This document shows positions 1-9,045 of a stretch of DNA of 64,000 nt, piece by piece; the stretch's first letter is position 1, and each line of letters starts with the position of its first letter. Under the pieces are notes generated by a model. That model did no database searches and had not been told where the DNA came from. It worked only from the letters and a program-made list of their open reading frames with translations. Origin of the DNA: a virus. The translations under genes were made by a program, and so were the position numbers. The DNA lies in IMG/VR virus record IMGVR_UViG_3300021437_000013, positions 13,825 through 77,824 of that record. One strand, 5' to 3'.

Positions 1-177
1 TATCATCCTACAGATAAGTTTAATAATCGGATATTTGATGATATAAGACATATACTAAAGAATCTTGCTGAGTATATACCTGATATTATGAGTGATTCAG
101 AACTTATATTTGAGTTTAAAGCAAGACACATCACTCCTAAGAATAGACACAACCCATTTATACCGCTTAACAACTAA
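1..177 (+). CDS. 3' end of a hypothetical protein (truncated by window edge)
   Basis: Frame 1 is open from base 1 (YHPTDKFNNRIF...NPFIPLNN) to TAA at 175-177. Confidence 0.6.
   Translation, partial: YHPTDKFNNRIFDDIRHILKNLAEYIPDIMSDSELIFEFKARHITPKNRHNPFIPLNN
168..176 (+). promoter_or_regulatory. TAACAACTA putative late promoter (upstream of structured non-coding region)
   Basis: Exact copy of the 9-mer found upstream of 11 late genes. Confidence 0.65.
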
Positions 178-181
178 ATGT

Positions 182-905
182 GAAGGAATGATAGTAAGCC
201 ATAAAGATGAGGGGCGATAATACATCTCTTCTAAAGTTAATAGCTCGTAGGTCTGAGATAATGGAAACAAAGGGTAGGACTGAAATGAGTGTGTCCAGAG
301 AGTAAGATGAATAAACTTACCACAGGCATTAAAGGAAGCAATAGCTTCACTGCTTATAACAACCAAGCTTAAGCAGAAGGATATAGAAAGTCTTATCCTT
401 ATTTAACTTTAGACGTTTCAACCTCGGTAAGTTGAATAGTTAATGGAGCATATATCTTACCCATTAACAATAAATAGATACTTCTTAGGAAGAACTATAT
501 CTAAAAGCGACACTGAGCAATACATTTACAATGTCTTAGGCAACTTGGTCATGAGACAAAAGGTTAAGTGAAAGTGTATGTGACTTAGCAGCTACATAAC
601 CAGTCCTCTCTTCTTACCTCTTAAGGTTATCTTAGTATAGCAACCTAACCAGTAGCATAACTGAGTAAAATCAAGGGGTTAGGGGTAGGGTAGGGGGTAA
701 ATAGGTAGCCTGTTGGGGACGTTTAACCGCTCATATTTACAAACTTAAAATTAAAATAGAAACATTACCAGAATAACCCTGACTTGGTAAGTGGTTAAAA
801 TACATCGTATAAAGCTATTAGAGGCTTATAGAGGGGTTAGAATGGTAATGGTAGGGGGTATATAGGGGGAAACCCTTAATCCTCTTAAAATGCCTATTAC
901 AGCAT
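182..905 (+). ncRNA. putative large structured ncRNA (~720 nt)
   Basis: No credible ORF. Many nested stems, several with G-U pairs that work only on +: 230-240/403-413, 350-356/370-376, 377-383/394-400, 417-422/431-436, 439-446/461-468, 603-608/715-720, 614-622/692-700, 644-650/677-683, 722-731/790-799, and a GAAA-capped hairpin ~845-900. Starts 6 nt after TAACAACTA. Confidence 0.6.
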
Positions 906-938
906 TAGGATACTTAGAAACAACCTTGTTCTTGTTAG

Positions 939-947
939 TAACAACTA
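939..947 (+). promoter_or_regulatory. TAACAACTA putative late promoter
   Basis: Exact motif, followed by GAGG RBS and ATG at 963. Confidence 0.7.
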
Positions 948-962
948 TCAGTAGAGGTTGAT

Positions 963-1637
963 ATGATTGATTTAAACATAATAGGTTCATGTGTGTATGC
1001 ATTAATTGATGATAATAATAAAGAGGTTATTGTTATTGGTACCAGTAATGGATATAAGGGATTAGTAGAAGAGATGTATTGTATATCTACTAAAGTTAAA
1101 TATGATGGGTTTACAGTTACTAACGTTGTAGCTTCACCATTACCAGAAGAATCCAGAATCAGATTACAAACAATAGATAAGCTTATTACTGAATACACAA
1201 ATAAACAGTATATAGTTAGAAACAGCACTAGAAAACGTAGTAGTATGACTTATAAGATTATCTGTAAAAGTATGAAACTTGGTGGGATGATAACCAGACA
1301 GAACATCTTCATAGTTATAGAGAAGAGTATTAAGTATAATGGTAAAGTCCGTGGAGTATTTGAGTCTAACGAAGAGGCTAACAACTTCATTGACTACTTA
1401 AAGAGTATGAATGAGGATATGTTACGGCCACTATCTGCATGTAATGCACTTACTAAAGCTTGGACATTAGAAGAAGAAAGACAGAAATCAGAGTATTTAA
1501 TACCCGGTAAGAAGACTGTGACAGTAAGTATGGATGGTCACGGGAAAGAGGCTAGAAGGATATCTTATCCTAGAGCTGTAATACTACATAACATTAAGCA
1601 GATGTTAGCCGGGTTACCTACAATGCCACTTAACTAA
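963..1637 (+). CDS. hypothetical protein (N-terminal VY...VIG weakly GIY-YIG-like)
   Basis: 224-aa ORF with GAGG RBS and upstream motif; function not recognisable. Confidence 0.75.
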   Translation: MIDLNIIGSCVYALIDDNNKEVIVIGTSNGYKGLVEEMYCISTKVKYDGFTVTNVVASPLPEESRIRLQTIDKLITEYTNKQYIVRNSTRKRSSMTYKIICKSMKLGGMITRQNIFIVIEKSIKYNGKVRGVFESNEEANNFIDYLKSMNEDMLRPLSACNALTKAWTLEEERQKSEYLIPGKKTVTVSMDGHGKEARRISYPRAVILHNIKQMLAGLPTMPLN

Positions 1638-2011
1638 TAATTATGCATATGTCGTAGTATTGCAACTTGATCTAAGAAGCTAATATTAAGCTTTTGAAGC
1701 TGTGTACGTTTAGCCTTAGGTACACTAGCCAACTCTAATTGTAACGTGTTTAAATCGAAATTAGGTGCCTTAGATAACGTCTTAAGTAACACCTCTGCTG
1801 ATATCTCTTTAAGATGCTTACGGTTGGCATACTTAACGTTAAATACACATTCTGGATTAAGGATATCTTTCTCATACTCTATTTCTAACCCCATACCATC
1901 ATATACACCAGTTAATACTAATTCTATCTTACTGTGACTAACTACATCAAATGATTCAGATACAATTAAGTAATGCTCAGTCATGTTGTGTTTGTATTTG
2001 TAATATTTCAT
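1634..2011 (-). CDS. hypothetical protein
   Basis: 125-aa ORF with AAGGAG RBS and own sigma70-like promoter. Confidence 0.8.
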   Translation of the reverse strand: MKYYKYKHNMTEHYLIVSESFDVVSHSKIELVLTGVYDGMGLEIEYEKDILNPECVFNVKYANRKHLKEISAEVLLKTLSKAPNFDLNTLQLELASVPKAKRTQLQKLNISFLDQVAILRHMHNY

Positions 2012-2028
2012 ATTTACTCCTTACCTTC

Positions 2029-2056
2029 ACTATATCATAGCTACATATTAAGTCAA
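2029..2056 (-). promoter_or_regulatory. sigma70-like promoter TTGACT-16-TATAGT (TG extension)
   Basis: Directly upstream of RBS of 1634..2011. Confidence 0.65.
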
Positions 2057-2175
2057 CAAGTATCTATAATAATACTAATATTCATTTTAGACAATAGGAG
2101 GGGCAAGGCATCTTTGTCCTAATAATAGCCCCTGGGGGAGGGTTATGCGCCGATAGACTTGCTTGGTAGTGTTGC

Positions 2176-2244
2176 TCAGGATTTGTTTAGTGCTATTAAC
2201 ACCATTAGGAACACAGAGCTGGAGACAAAAAGAAACAGAACCAT
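2176..2244 (-). CDS. putative 22-aa hydrophobic peptide (type I toxin-like) in a structured RNA
   Basis: MVLFLFVSSSVFLMVLIALNKS; downstream of a - strand promoter and enclosed by long-range stems; weak RBS. Confidence 0.3.
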   Translation of the reverse strand: MVLFLFVSSSVFLMVLIALNKS

Positions 2245-2417
2245 TTACACTAATATCCAAGTTACGCTATCTCATGTCGGTGTATCATCTACTTTACTGT
2301 GCCTTGCCTTATCTCTTTTTGCAGCTTAGTAGTGAATTCCAGGTTATCTTTATACTGCTAACTCTCACAGTTGTCTTTTTAGGTTATGTCCAAAAAGGGT
2401 AAATGACGTAGGATGAT

Positions 2418-2446
2418 AGAATAACACAGAAAGGTAGATAAATCAA
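2418..2446 (-). promoter_or_regulatory. sigma70-like promoter TTGATT-17-TATTCT (TG extension)
   Basis: Near-consensus spacing; points into the ORF-poor structured region 2090-2400. Confidence 0.55.
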
Positions 2447-2484
2447 TAATTATTATATTATTTAGTTGACAAATGAATAGAAAC

Positions 2485-2493
2485 TAACAACTA
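2485..2493 (+). promoter_or_regulatory. TAACAACTA putative late promoter
   Basis: Exact motif before AAGGA RBS of 2512; heads the terminase operon. Confidence 0.7.
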
Positions 2494-2511
2494 CTACTAA
2501 AGGATTAAAAC

Positions 2512-2736
2512 ATGGACTTAAGAGAATGTAAAATATGTAATCAGGTTAAGCCAAGACTTACACTTGGATTATTCCCAAATGGCAGAGCGCCTAAGTATGC
2601 AGATGAACATGGTAAGCTTTGGAATGGACTTGTATGCCCATCGTGTACTGTAGATAGAGCTAAAGAAACTATGAAGATTACAAGAAGCAATAGAAAGCTG
2701 GCCGCTAAGATTGAGAAAGATAATGAAATTAGATGA
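2512..2736 (+). CDS. small zinc-ribbon protein
   Basis: CKIC...CPSC motifs, RBS. Confidence 0.75.
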   Translation: MDLRECKICNQVKPRLTLGLFPNGRAPKYADEHGKLWNGLVCPSCTVDRAKETMKITRSNRKLAAKIEKDNEIR

Positions 2737-3085
2737 TATCAAATTGATTAATACTCCTAACCCTAACCAATACTTTGATAAGGATATCTTAGAGGAAGAG
2801 ATTAATCTATTAGCTTTAGCATTATACAAACTTATTATTGCCTTAAACAATAAAGAAGATATGATACATGAAACTGATGATATGCAGCTTAGATACATTA
2901 TCAGTGAAGATTATGCCGCTATTGCTAAAGACTTCCTTAAGCTTGCAGACCAAGTAAAGATACGAATAGACTTATACCATGAAATGTGTGACGAATTAGG
3001 ATTACCAAAGGAAATAGATTATGTTAGACTTTATAAACAACTTGAGAAGTTTCAAATCATTAATCAAGATTTTGACAATTGTTAG
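2723..3085 (+). CDS. hypothetical protein
   Basis: ORF coupled to upstream gene; start at MKLDD chosen. Confidence 0.7.
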   Translation: MKLDDIKLINTPNPNQYFDKDILEEEINLLALALYKLIIALNNKEDMIHETDDMQLRYIISEDYAAIAKDFLKLADQVKIRIDLYHEMCDELGLPKEIDYVRLYKQLEKFQIINQDFDNC

Positions 3086-3293
3086 TGTGGCCGTAGCGGT
3101 TATTAAACCAATTGCAGCAATAATAGCTATTGCATTATTAGGTTATAGTATTGTTATGCGAATATTAGACCATAAAGAGAGTCAAGAAATCAATTCTAAG
3201 GTGGTTAATAGCCTATTAGACGAGATGAAAGAGATTAGGACGCACGTTTCATCAATTAAGTTAAAACTCGGCTTTAAACCGAACAAGGAGTAG
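3021..3293 (+). CDS. small membrane protein
   Basis: Long hydrophobic segment followed by coiled coil; AAGGA upstream. Confidence 0.6.
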   Translation: MLDFINNLRSFKSLIKILTIVSVAVAVIKPIAAIIAIALLGYSIVMRILDHKESQEINSKVVNSLLDEMKEIRTHVSSIKLKLGFKPNKE

Positions 3294-3295
3294 TT

Positions 3296-3682
3296 ATGGA
3301 TATAGATAGTAGCTACATTGAAAAACAGAATGAAGTATTATTAGCACTTAATAATAAAATACTAAAATTAGAGATGGAGAAGAGGGCACTAGAACATAAG
3401 CTTACAGAGATGACTGCTAATGCTCCAACTATTAATAGTCTTGATATATTTGATATCACTGATGAGGAAACAGTATGCCTTACTCAGATAGCTTTATTAA
3501 GAGGTCTTGCCTTACAAAGAGAACTGTCTACAGAAGAAACTAAGAGATTCGAGGTTTATCATAAAGCTATGAATAACTTAAGAGGTAGAAAGAAAGAGGA
3601 AGAGAAAGTAGACCTTAAAGATATTGATAATGACAACCTACTACAAATATTAGATGGCACTATAGTTAAGAAGACCGAATGA
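3296..3682 (+). CDS. hypothetical protein, candidate terminase small subunit
   Basis: AAGGAG RBS; ATGA overlap with terL; assignment by position only. Confidence 0.55.
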   Translation: MDIDSSYIEKQNEVLLALNNKILKLEMEKRALEHKLTEMTANAPTINSLDIFDITDEETVCLTQIALLRGLALQRELSTEETKRFEVYHKAMNNLRGRKKEEEKVDLKDIDNDNLLQILDGTIVKKTE

Positions 3683-6228
3683 GCAAACCAACAGCTAAAC
3701 AATTAACCAGACAAGAGCTTATCCATGAAATGTGGAGAAGGGGAAACTTAGTATATAAGATGCATTCAGTACAAAGAGAGATGTACGAAACTTTAGAATC
3801 TGCAGCTCCCAATTCTGTATTAGTTTGGATGACGTCCAGGCAGCTCGGCAAATGCCTAGAAGAGAATACTTTGGTAGCTACTCCACAAGGTTCAGTAAAG
3901 ATAAAAGATATACAAGAAGGAAGCATTGTATATGGGTATGATGAGAAAGGTAAGATTACTCCTACTGAGGTTATAAAGGTTCATAATCAAGGTAAAAAAG
4001 AAGTAGTGGATTTGATGCACAGAGGGAGAGTAATCGCTACGGCCACAGACGACCATAAATGGTTAGCTTGGGATAGCTACAAGAATAAAGAAGTAGAAAT
4101 AACCGCCAAACAACTTACGGGATATCCTAGATATAAAATTAGAAGAGAGTATTTTGATTATGTTGGAGGTAGTATTCATGAACCGCACGCTTACACTCTC
4201 GGGGCTTTATTGGGTGACGGGTACGGAAAACATAATAAAAGTTCAATGACTCAATTATGTGTATCTTCAAGAGATGATAAAATTCCCGAGGCTATTTCTA
4301 GAGAATTAGGGTGTTTTTACTGGAAAGCAAAAGGTAATAACTTCTCATATATACTAAGTAACACTTTTAAGCCTATGACTAAAGGTAAAACTTATGATTT
4401 AATGACTATAAACTACTATAAAGAGTGGTGTTCTGGTAAAAAAGCACATGAGAAATTTTGTGATTATGAAACAATAAGAACTTGGTCTAGAGAATCTCAA
4501 GTTAGATTTATTGCCGGATTAATTGATACTGATGGTAGTATACATCTCTCAGGAAGAGATAAGACGGAGTTACGATTTTCTTTAGGTATGCAGGCAGAGA
4601 CTGTTATACAATGTGTAAGTAAGTTAATGTTAGATTTATGGCAAGCGGAGACTTGTTATTTATTGGATAATAGACCTAAATATAAAAATGGCCCAGTACA
4701 TACTATATATTTAAATAATAACTTTTTAGTAAAAAGAATACTAAAAGAACTGTCACCTCATATAGTTACGGAACATAAAAAATATAAAGAAGAGTATGAT
4801 AATTTTCCAGAATATAATCATATAAAAGACTATGTTGGTGTAATTGCTGGAAAAAGGTATGAAGTAAATACTTATGACTTAAGTATTGATAATAAAACCC
4901 ACCTATATTGTTTAGCTAATGGATTAATAACCCACAATAGTACAATGCTATGCTTAATCGCAATAATGGCTTGTATAAAGAAGCCTAATAGTATTGTAAA
5001 GATACTAACTGATACTAAGGTTCATGCTCAAATGATTCTTGAACCTAAATTCATAGAGGTTCTAGAAGACTGTCCAGAAGAACTAAAACCTACTTATAAT
5101 GCTTCTCGATATATGTACCACTTCCCTAATGGGAGTCAAATACAAATGGCTGGTACAGATGCAGGCTCCGCCGAGAGGTTGAGGGGTGGTAAGTCTGAGC
5201 TGGTTTTGGTTGATGAAGCTGCGTTTTGTTCAAAGCTTGAGTATAATATCCTATCAGTATTAGTACCAACTACCACCCATACTGGCGGTAAGATTGTATT
5301 AGCATCATCAGCACCAGAAGACCCAGACCATGATTTTATTAAGTTTATGGAAAGGGCAGAAATAGAAGGAACTTTAGTAAGTAAAACCGTATATGATAAC
5401 CCTCTACTTACTACAGAGAAAATTAAGACTATTATAAAGGGGTATGCGGGGGGTATTGATAATCCTAACTTTAGACGAGAGTATTTAAATATCATTGAGA
5501 AGAATGAGAAGACAACCGTATTCCCAGAGGTTAATGAAAATACAATAAAAGAGATTACTTCTAATATTCCTCCCATGCCTGCACATTATGATTGTTTTGT
5601 TGGTATGGACTTAGGATTCAAAGACTTAACGGGCATTGTATTTGCTCATTATGACTTTAGGAATAAGCTATTAGTATTTGATAAAGAGATAGTTAAGAAA
5701 GGGCCTGAGGTTAATCTTAAAGAGTTACCAGATGAAATATTAAAGGTTGAGAAAGAACTCTGGAGTAATAAGCTTACTAATGAAGTTAGAATCCCTACTA
5801 AACGAGTATCTGACATTAACCCACTTGTTACTCAAGAGATTGCCAGAAATAGTAATTATCAAGTCATGTTCTACAATGCAGACAAGGCACAGCGTATGAC
5901 TGCTTTAAATGCCTTTAGAGCCGCTTTTCAATCGGGGCAGATAAAGATTAACCCCCAAGGTTGTCCAGTGCTTATACGGCATTTAAACAATGCTAAATGG
6001 AAGTCTTTGGATGACAAGAGCGACTTTGCTAGAAGTTCAGATGATTCACATTATGACTTAGCAATGGCTGCCTTATACTTATTCAGGGCCGTTAATTTTG
6101 ATAAGAATCCTTATCCGATTGGTAGTCGTGACCCTAACACTAATCACTATGCTGATTGGCATAGTAAGAATCAATCCTCAAACGTAAACAAATACAAAGC
6201 TCTATTAGGAATCAAAAAAAAGAAGTAG
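3679..6228 (+). CDS. terL: terminase large subunit, intein-containing
   Basis: Walker A SRQLGK/ST split by intein, Walker B LVLVDEAAF, motif III LASS, RNase H-type nuclease VGMDLG...HYD. Confidence 0.93.
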   Translation: MSKPTAKQLTRQELIHEMWRRGNLVYKMHSVQREMYETLESAAPNSVLVWMTSRQLGKCLEENTLVATPQGSVKIKDIQEGSIVYGYDEKGKITPTEVIKVHNQGKKEVVDLMHRGRVIATATDDHKWLAWDSYKNKEVEITAKQLTGYPRYKIRREYFDYVGGSIHEPHAYTLGALLGDGYGKHNKSSMTQLCVSSRDDKIPEAISRELGCFYWKAKGNNFSYILSNTFKPMTKGKTYDLMTINYYKEWCSGKKAHEKFCDYETIRTWSRESQVRFIAGLIDTDGSIHLSGRDKTELRFSLGMQAETVIQCVSKLMLDLWQAETCYLLDNRPKYKNGPVHTIYLNNNFLVKRILKELSPHIVTEHKKYKEEYDNFPEYNHIKDYVGVIAGKRYEVNTYDLSIDNKTHLYCLANGLITHNSTMLCLIAIMACIKKPNSIVKILTDTKVHAQMILEPKFIEVLEDCPEELKPTYNASRYMYHFPNGSQIQMAGTDAGSAERLRGGKSELVLVDEAAFCSKLEYNILSVLVPTTTHTGGKIVLASSAPEDPDHDFIKFMERAEIEGTLVSKTVYDNPLLTTEKIKTIIKGYAGGIDNPNFRREYLNIIEKNEKTTVFPEVNENTIKEITSNIPPMPAHYDCFVGMDLGFKDLTGIVFAHYDFRNKLLVFDKEIVKKGPEVNLKELPDEILKVEKELWSNKLTNEVRIPTKRVSDINPLVTQEIARNSNYQVMFYNADKAQRMTALNAFRAAFQSGQIKINPQGCPVLIRHLNNAKWKSLDDKSDFARSSDDSHYDLAMAALYLFRAVNFDKNPYPIGSRDPNTNHYADWHSKNQSSNVNKYKALLGIKKKK
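3853..4938 (+). mobile_element. intein with LAGLIDADG homing endonuclease (362 aa)
   Basis: N-terminal CLEENTLV, C-terminal ANGLITHN followed by Ser; LGALLGDG and FIAGLIDTDG blocks. Confidence 0.93.
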
Positions 6229-6251
6229 TTTCTAATGTTTTCTCGTCATCT

Positions 6252-6260
6252 TAACAACTA
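6252..6260 (+). promoter_or_regulatory. TAACAACTA putative late promoter
   Basis: Exact motif in the terL-protease gap. Confidence 0.72.
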
Positions 6261-6276
6261 ATGGTATGGAGAACAT

Positions 6277-7026
6277 ATGATAAAGAAAACAACCAAGATT
6301 CTAGCTGTATCAGTTGCATCAGCTTTACTAATTGCTGCTGCAGGGGTTCAGTTCTCTGACTTCCATAAGAAATTTATAAGAAACAAGACTGCACCAAACA
6401 CAGTTATGGTACTTAACCTTGAACAGAACTCTGGTGGTACTGGATTCTATCTTAAAGTTCCATCTGGCCGTTCAGTTATTATAACTAATCGTCACGTTTG
6501 TGAATTAGAGAAAGATGGTAATATCTTGATTAAAGAAGAGGGCAGTCGCCTTACAGCTATCCATAGAGTAATCACTATTAGTAAGAATCATGACTTATGT
6601 GTCATTGATGCAAACGGAAAAGATAAGGGATTATCATTAGCTTCTGACATTAGTGTTGGTGATTCAGTATATGTTGTAGGTCATCCTAACTTACGACCGT
6701 TAATTATTACAGAAGGTGATTTAATTGATAAGTCAACTCCAAGTGCAGTTATCCATCACATGATGAAGCCAGAAGATGCACCAGAAACTTGTAATGGGAA
6801 GATAAAAGAAATAGAGCCATTACCGGGTTTTAAGATTCCTGTTTGTGTTCAATATGATATCAGTTATTATATCTCTGCTATTTCATATGGTGGTAACTCT
6901 GGTTCACCAGTAGTTAATAAATATGGTAATGTTATTGGTGTTTTATTTGCAGGTAATCAAAATGTAATTAACGACACTATGATTGTAAGATTAGAAGATT
7001 TAAGAGAATTTATCAAGGATTTATAA
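6277..7026 (+). CDS. trypsin-like (S1/Trypsin_2) serine protease with N-terminal signal or anchor
   Basis: GTGF, TNRHVC (His), HDLC (Asp), GGNSGSP (Ser) catalytic motifs. Confidence 0.9.
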   Translation: MIKKTTKILAVSVASALLIAAAGVQFSDFHKKFIRNKTAPNTVMVLNLEQNSGGTGFYLKVPSGRSVIITNRHVCELEKDGNILIKEEGSRLTAIHRVITISKNHDLCVIDANGKDKGLSLASDISVGDSVYVVGHPNLRPLIITEGDLIDKSTPSAVIHHMMKPEDAPETCNGKIKEIEPLPGFKIPVCVQYDISYYISAISYGGNSGSPVVNKYGNVIGVLFAGNQNVINDTMIVRLEDLREFIKDL

Positions 7027-7027
7027 T

Positions 7028-9031
7028 ATGTCTAATTCAAATACTTATTTTGCGGATTTAGATAGTAAAGAATGTGCGGCATTATGTATGCAACGTTCAG
7101 CTACATTTTATACTACTTTACAGCGTAATGCCTACCTAGAGAAACTACGTTCTATGTGGTTATTCTATCATGGTATTTATGCCAATCTTGGTGCTGATGA
7201 GCATCAAATTTCTTTTGGTGGTGAACAAGGTGAGATAGTAAATATCCCGATAAACCATTTCAGAAATATTGCAGAACATATTATTAATATGATTACTTCT
7301 AACCGTCCAATGATGGAAGCTAGAGCAGTCAATAATGATTACAAGTCTTTATCTCAAGCTAATTTGGCAGGTAGTATATTAGATTACTACATGAGAAACA
7401 AAGGTATAGAAGACAAGATACATGCCTCGGTTGAAAAAGCCGTAGTTATGGGATGTGGATATATTAAGCTTGAGTGGAACGCTACAGCTGGAGCAGTTCA
7501 TGATGTGAACGATGACACTGGTGAATTTATTTATGAAGGTGAAATTGAATGTAGTGGCTTATCTCCGTTTGACGTTGTAATGGACGGTACTAAAGAATCT
7601 TGGGATAATGAATGGCTTATTGCTCGTTCATTTAAAAATAGACATAATTTAGTAGCTAAGTATCCTGAATTTAAAGATGAGATATTAGCACTACAAACAA
7701 AGTCAGATGATAACCGTTATAGTATTTCAATGTTTACAAATGATAGAACTGATGATATTCCAGTTTATGAGTTTTATCATAAAAGAACAGAAGCAAAACC
7801 AGACGGCCGTTACATGCTATATTTATCAGATAACATTATCTTGATGGATACTAAATTAGTTTATAGAGAGATTCCAATATACAGACTTGCTATGTCAGAG
7901 ATTATGGGAACTCCATACGCTTACACTAATATGTTTGACGTTTACCCAATCCAAGAAGCCATTAATGGATTAAACTCTACAATCTTAACTAATCAAAATG
8001 CTACGGGTATTCAAAGTCTTTGGGTTCAAAAAGGTTCTGACTTTAATCTTGAATCTGTTATTGGTGGTATGAACTTAATTGAGTCTGAAACTAAACCAGA
8101 ACCAATACAACTTACAGCTACTGCACCAGAGACGTTTAACTACTTAAAGAAACTTGAGCAAGATATCGAAACTATTTCAGGTATTAATGCGGTCACAAGA
8201 GGTAACCCTGCAAGCTCACTTCGCTCTGGTAACTCTTTAGCATTAGTTCAGGCGATGAGCTTACAGTATATGTCAAAGTTCCAAAAGAACTATGTAACTT
8301 TTATTGAACAAGTTGGTACTTCTTTATTAAACATACTAAAAGATTTTGCCTCTACCCCTAAACTTATGGAAGTAGTGGGAAGAAATAACAGAGCCTTTAC
8401 TAAAGAGTTTACTGGTGATATGATTAAGGATATTAATCGTGTAGTAGTTGACGTTGGTAACCCATTATCAAGAAGTACTGCTGGCCGTGTACAAATGGCA
8501 GAACAGTTATTACAAATGAAGCTTATTAAGAATCCACAACAATACTTTATGGTAATGAATACTGGTAGACTTGATAACATGTATGATTCTGACATGAACC
8601 AGTTATTATTAGTTAAGAAAGAAAATGAAGATATGTTAGATGGTAAAAAGGCAACGGCCGCATTATTAGATGCTCACCGTATGCACATCATCGAACACCA
8701 AGCGGTATCAAGTGATCCAGAGTTAAGACAAAATGCAGAACTTGTTGCTAATCTTTATGAGCACATTCAAGAGCATATTAATTTCTTAAGAACTGCTGAC
8801 CCGGACTTATTACAATTGATTAATGAAACTCCATTGAATCCACCACAACAAGCAGGCAACCCAATACCACCAGAGAATATGCCGCCACAAAGTGCAGTTG
8901 AAAATTCTCCAATGAATAATGTTATGAGTCAACAAGGTGGAGCACAACAAAATGCAGGTTCATTACCCGGACTTCCAAAAGTTGATTCGGCATTATTGCC
9001 AAATTCAGCGCTGAACCCTAACCCGAAATAA
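7028..9031 (+). CDS. portal protein
   Basis: 667 aa after terminase; P22/N4-like portal features (INHFRN, G.G.IK..W, ISGIN...RG), Q/P-rich tail. Confidence 0.85.
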   Translation: MSNSNTYFADLDSKECAALCMQRSATFYTTLQRNAYLEKLRSMWLFYHGIYANLGADEHQISFGGEQGEIVNIPINHFRNIAEHIINMITSNRPMMEARAVNNDYKSLSQANLAGSILDYYMRNKGIEDKIHASVEKAVVMGCGYIKLEWNATAGAVHDVNDDTGEFIYEGEIECSGLSPFDVVMDGTKESWDNEWLIARSFKNRHNLVAKYPEFKDEILALQTKSDDNRYSISMFTNDRTDDIPVYEFYHKRTEAKPDGRYMLYLSDNIILMDTKLVYREIPIYRLAMSEIMGTPYAYTNMFDVYPIQEAINGLNSTILTNQNATGIQSLWVQKGSDFNLESVIGGMNLIESETKPEPIQLTATAPETFNYLKKLEQDIETISGINAVTRGNPASSLRSGNSLALVQAMSLQYMSKFQKNYVTFIEQVGTSLLNILKDFASTPKLMEVVGRNNRAFTKEFTGDMIKDINRVVVDVGNPLSRSTAGRVQMAEQLLQMKLIKNPQQYFMVMNTGRLDNMYDSDMNQLLLVKKENEDMLDGKKATAALLDAHRMHIIEHQAVSSDPELRQNAELVANLYEHIQEHINFLRTADPDLLQLINETPLNPPQQAGNPIPPENMPPQSAVENSPMNNVMSQQGGAQQNAGSLPGLPKVDSALLPNSALNPNPK

Positions 9032-9045
9032 TATAAGGAAATATT

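Noticed and set aside
97-366. 89-aa - strand ORF
   Set aside because: TTG start without RBS; overlaps the + strand partial gene and the structured region.
675-697. G-quadruplex / telomere-like tract GGGGTTAGGGGTAGGGTAGGGGG
   Set aside because: It fits the G4 pattern, but the same Gs are accounted for by complementary pyrimidine tracts at 614-622 and 644-650 in the proposed RNA fold. Kept only as an alternative.
182-905. Group I/II intron, tmRNA or RNase P identity for the structured region
   Set aside because: No interrupted gene flanks it, and I could not find convincing P7, domain V, tRNA-like ends or RNase P P4 consensus. A covariance-model search is needed.
2163-2402. 79-aa + strand ORF
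   Set aside because: TTG start, no clear RBS, and it lies within a structured region; not supported as a gene.
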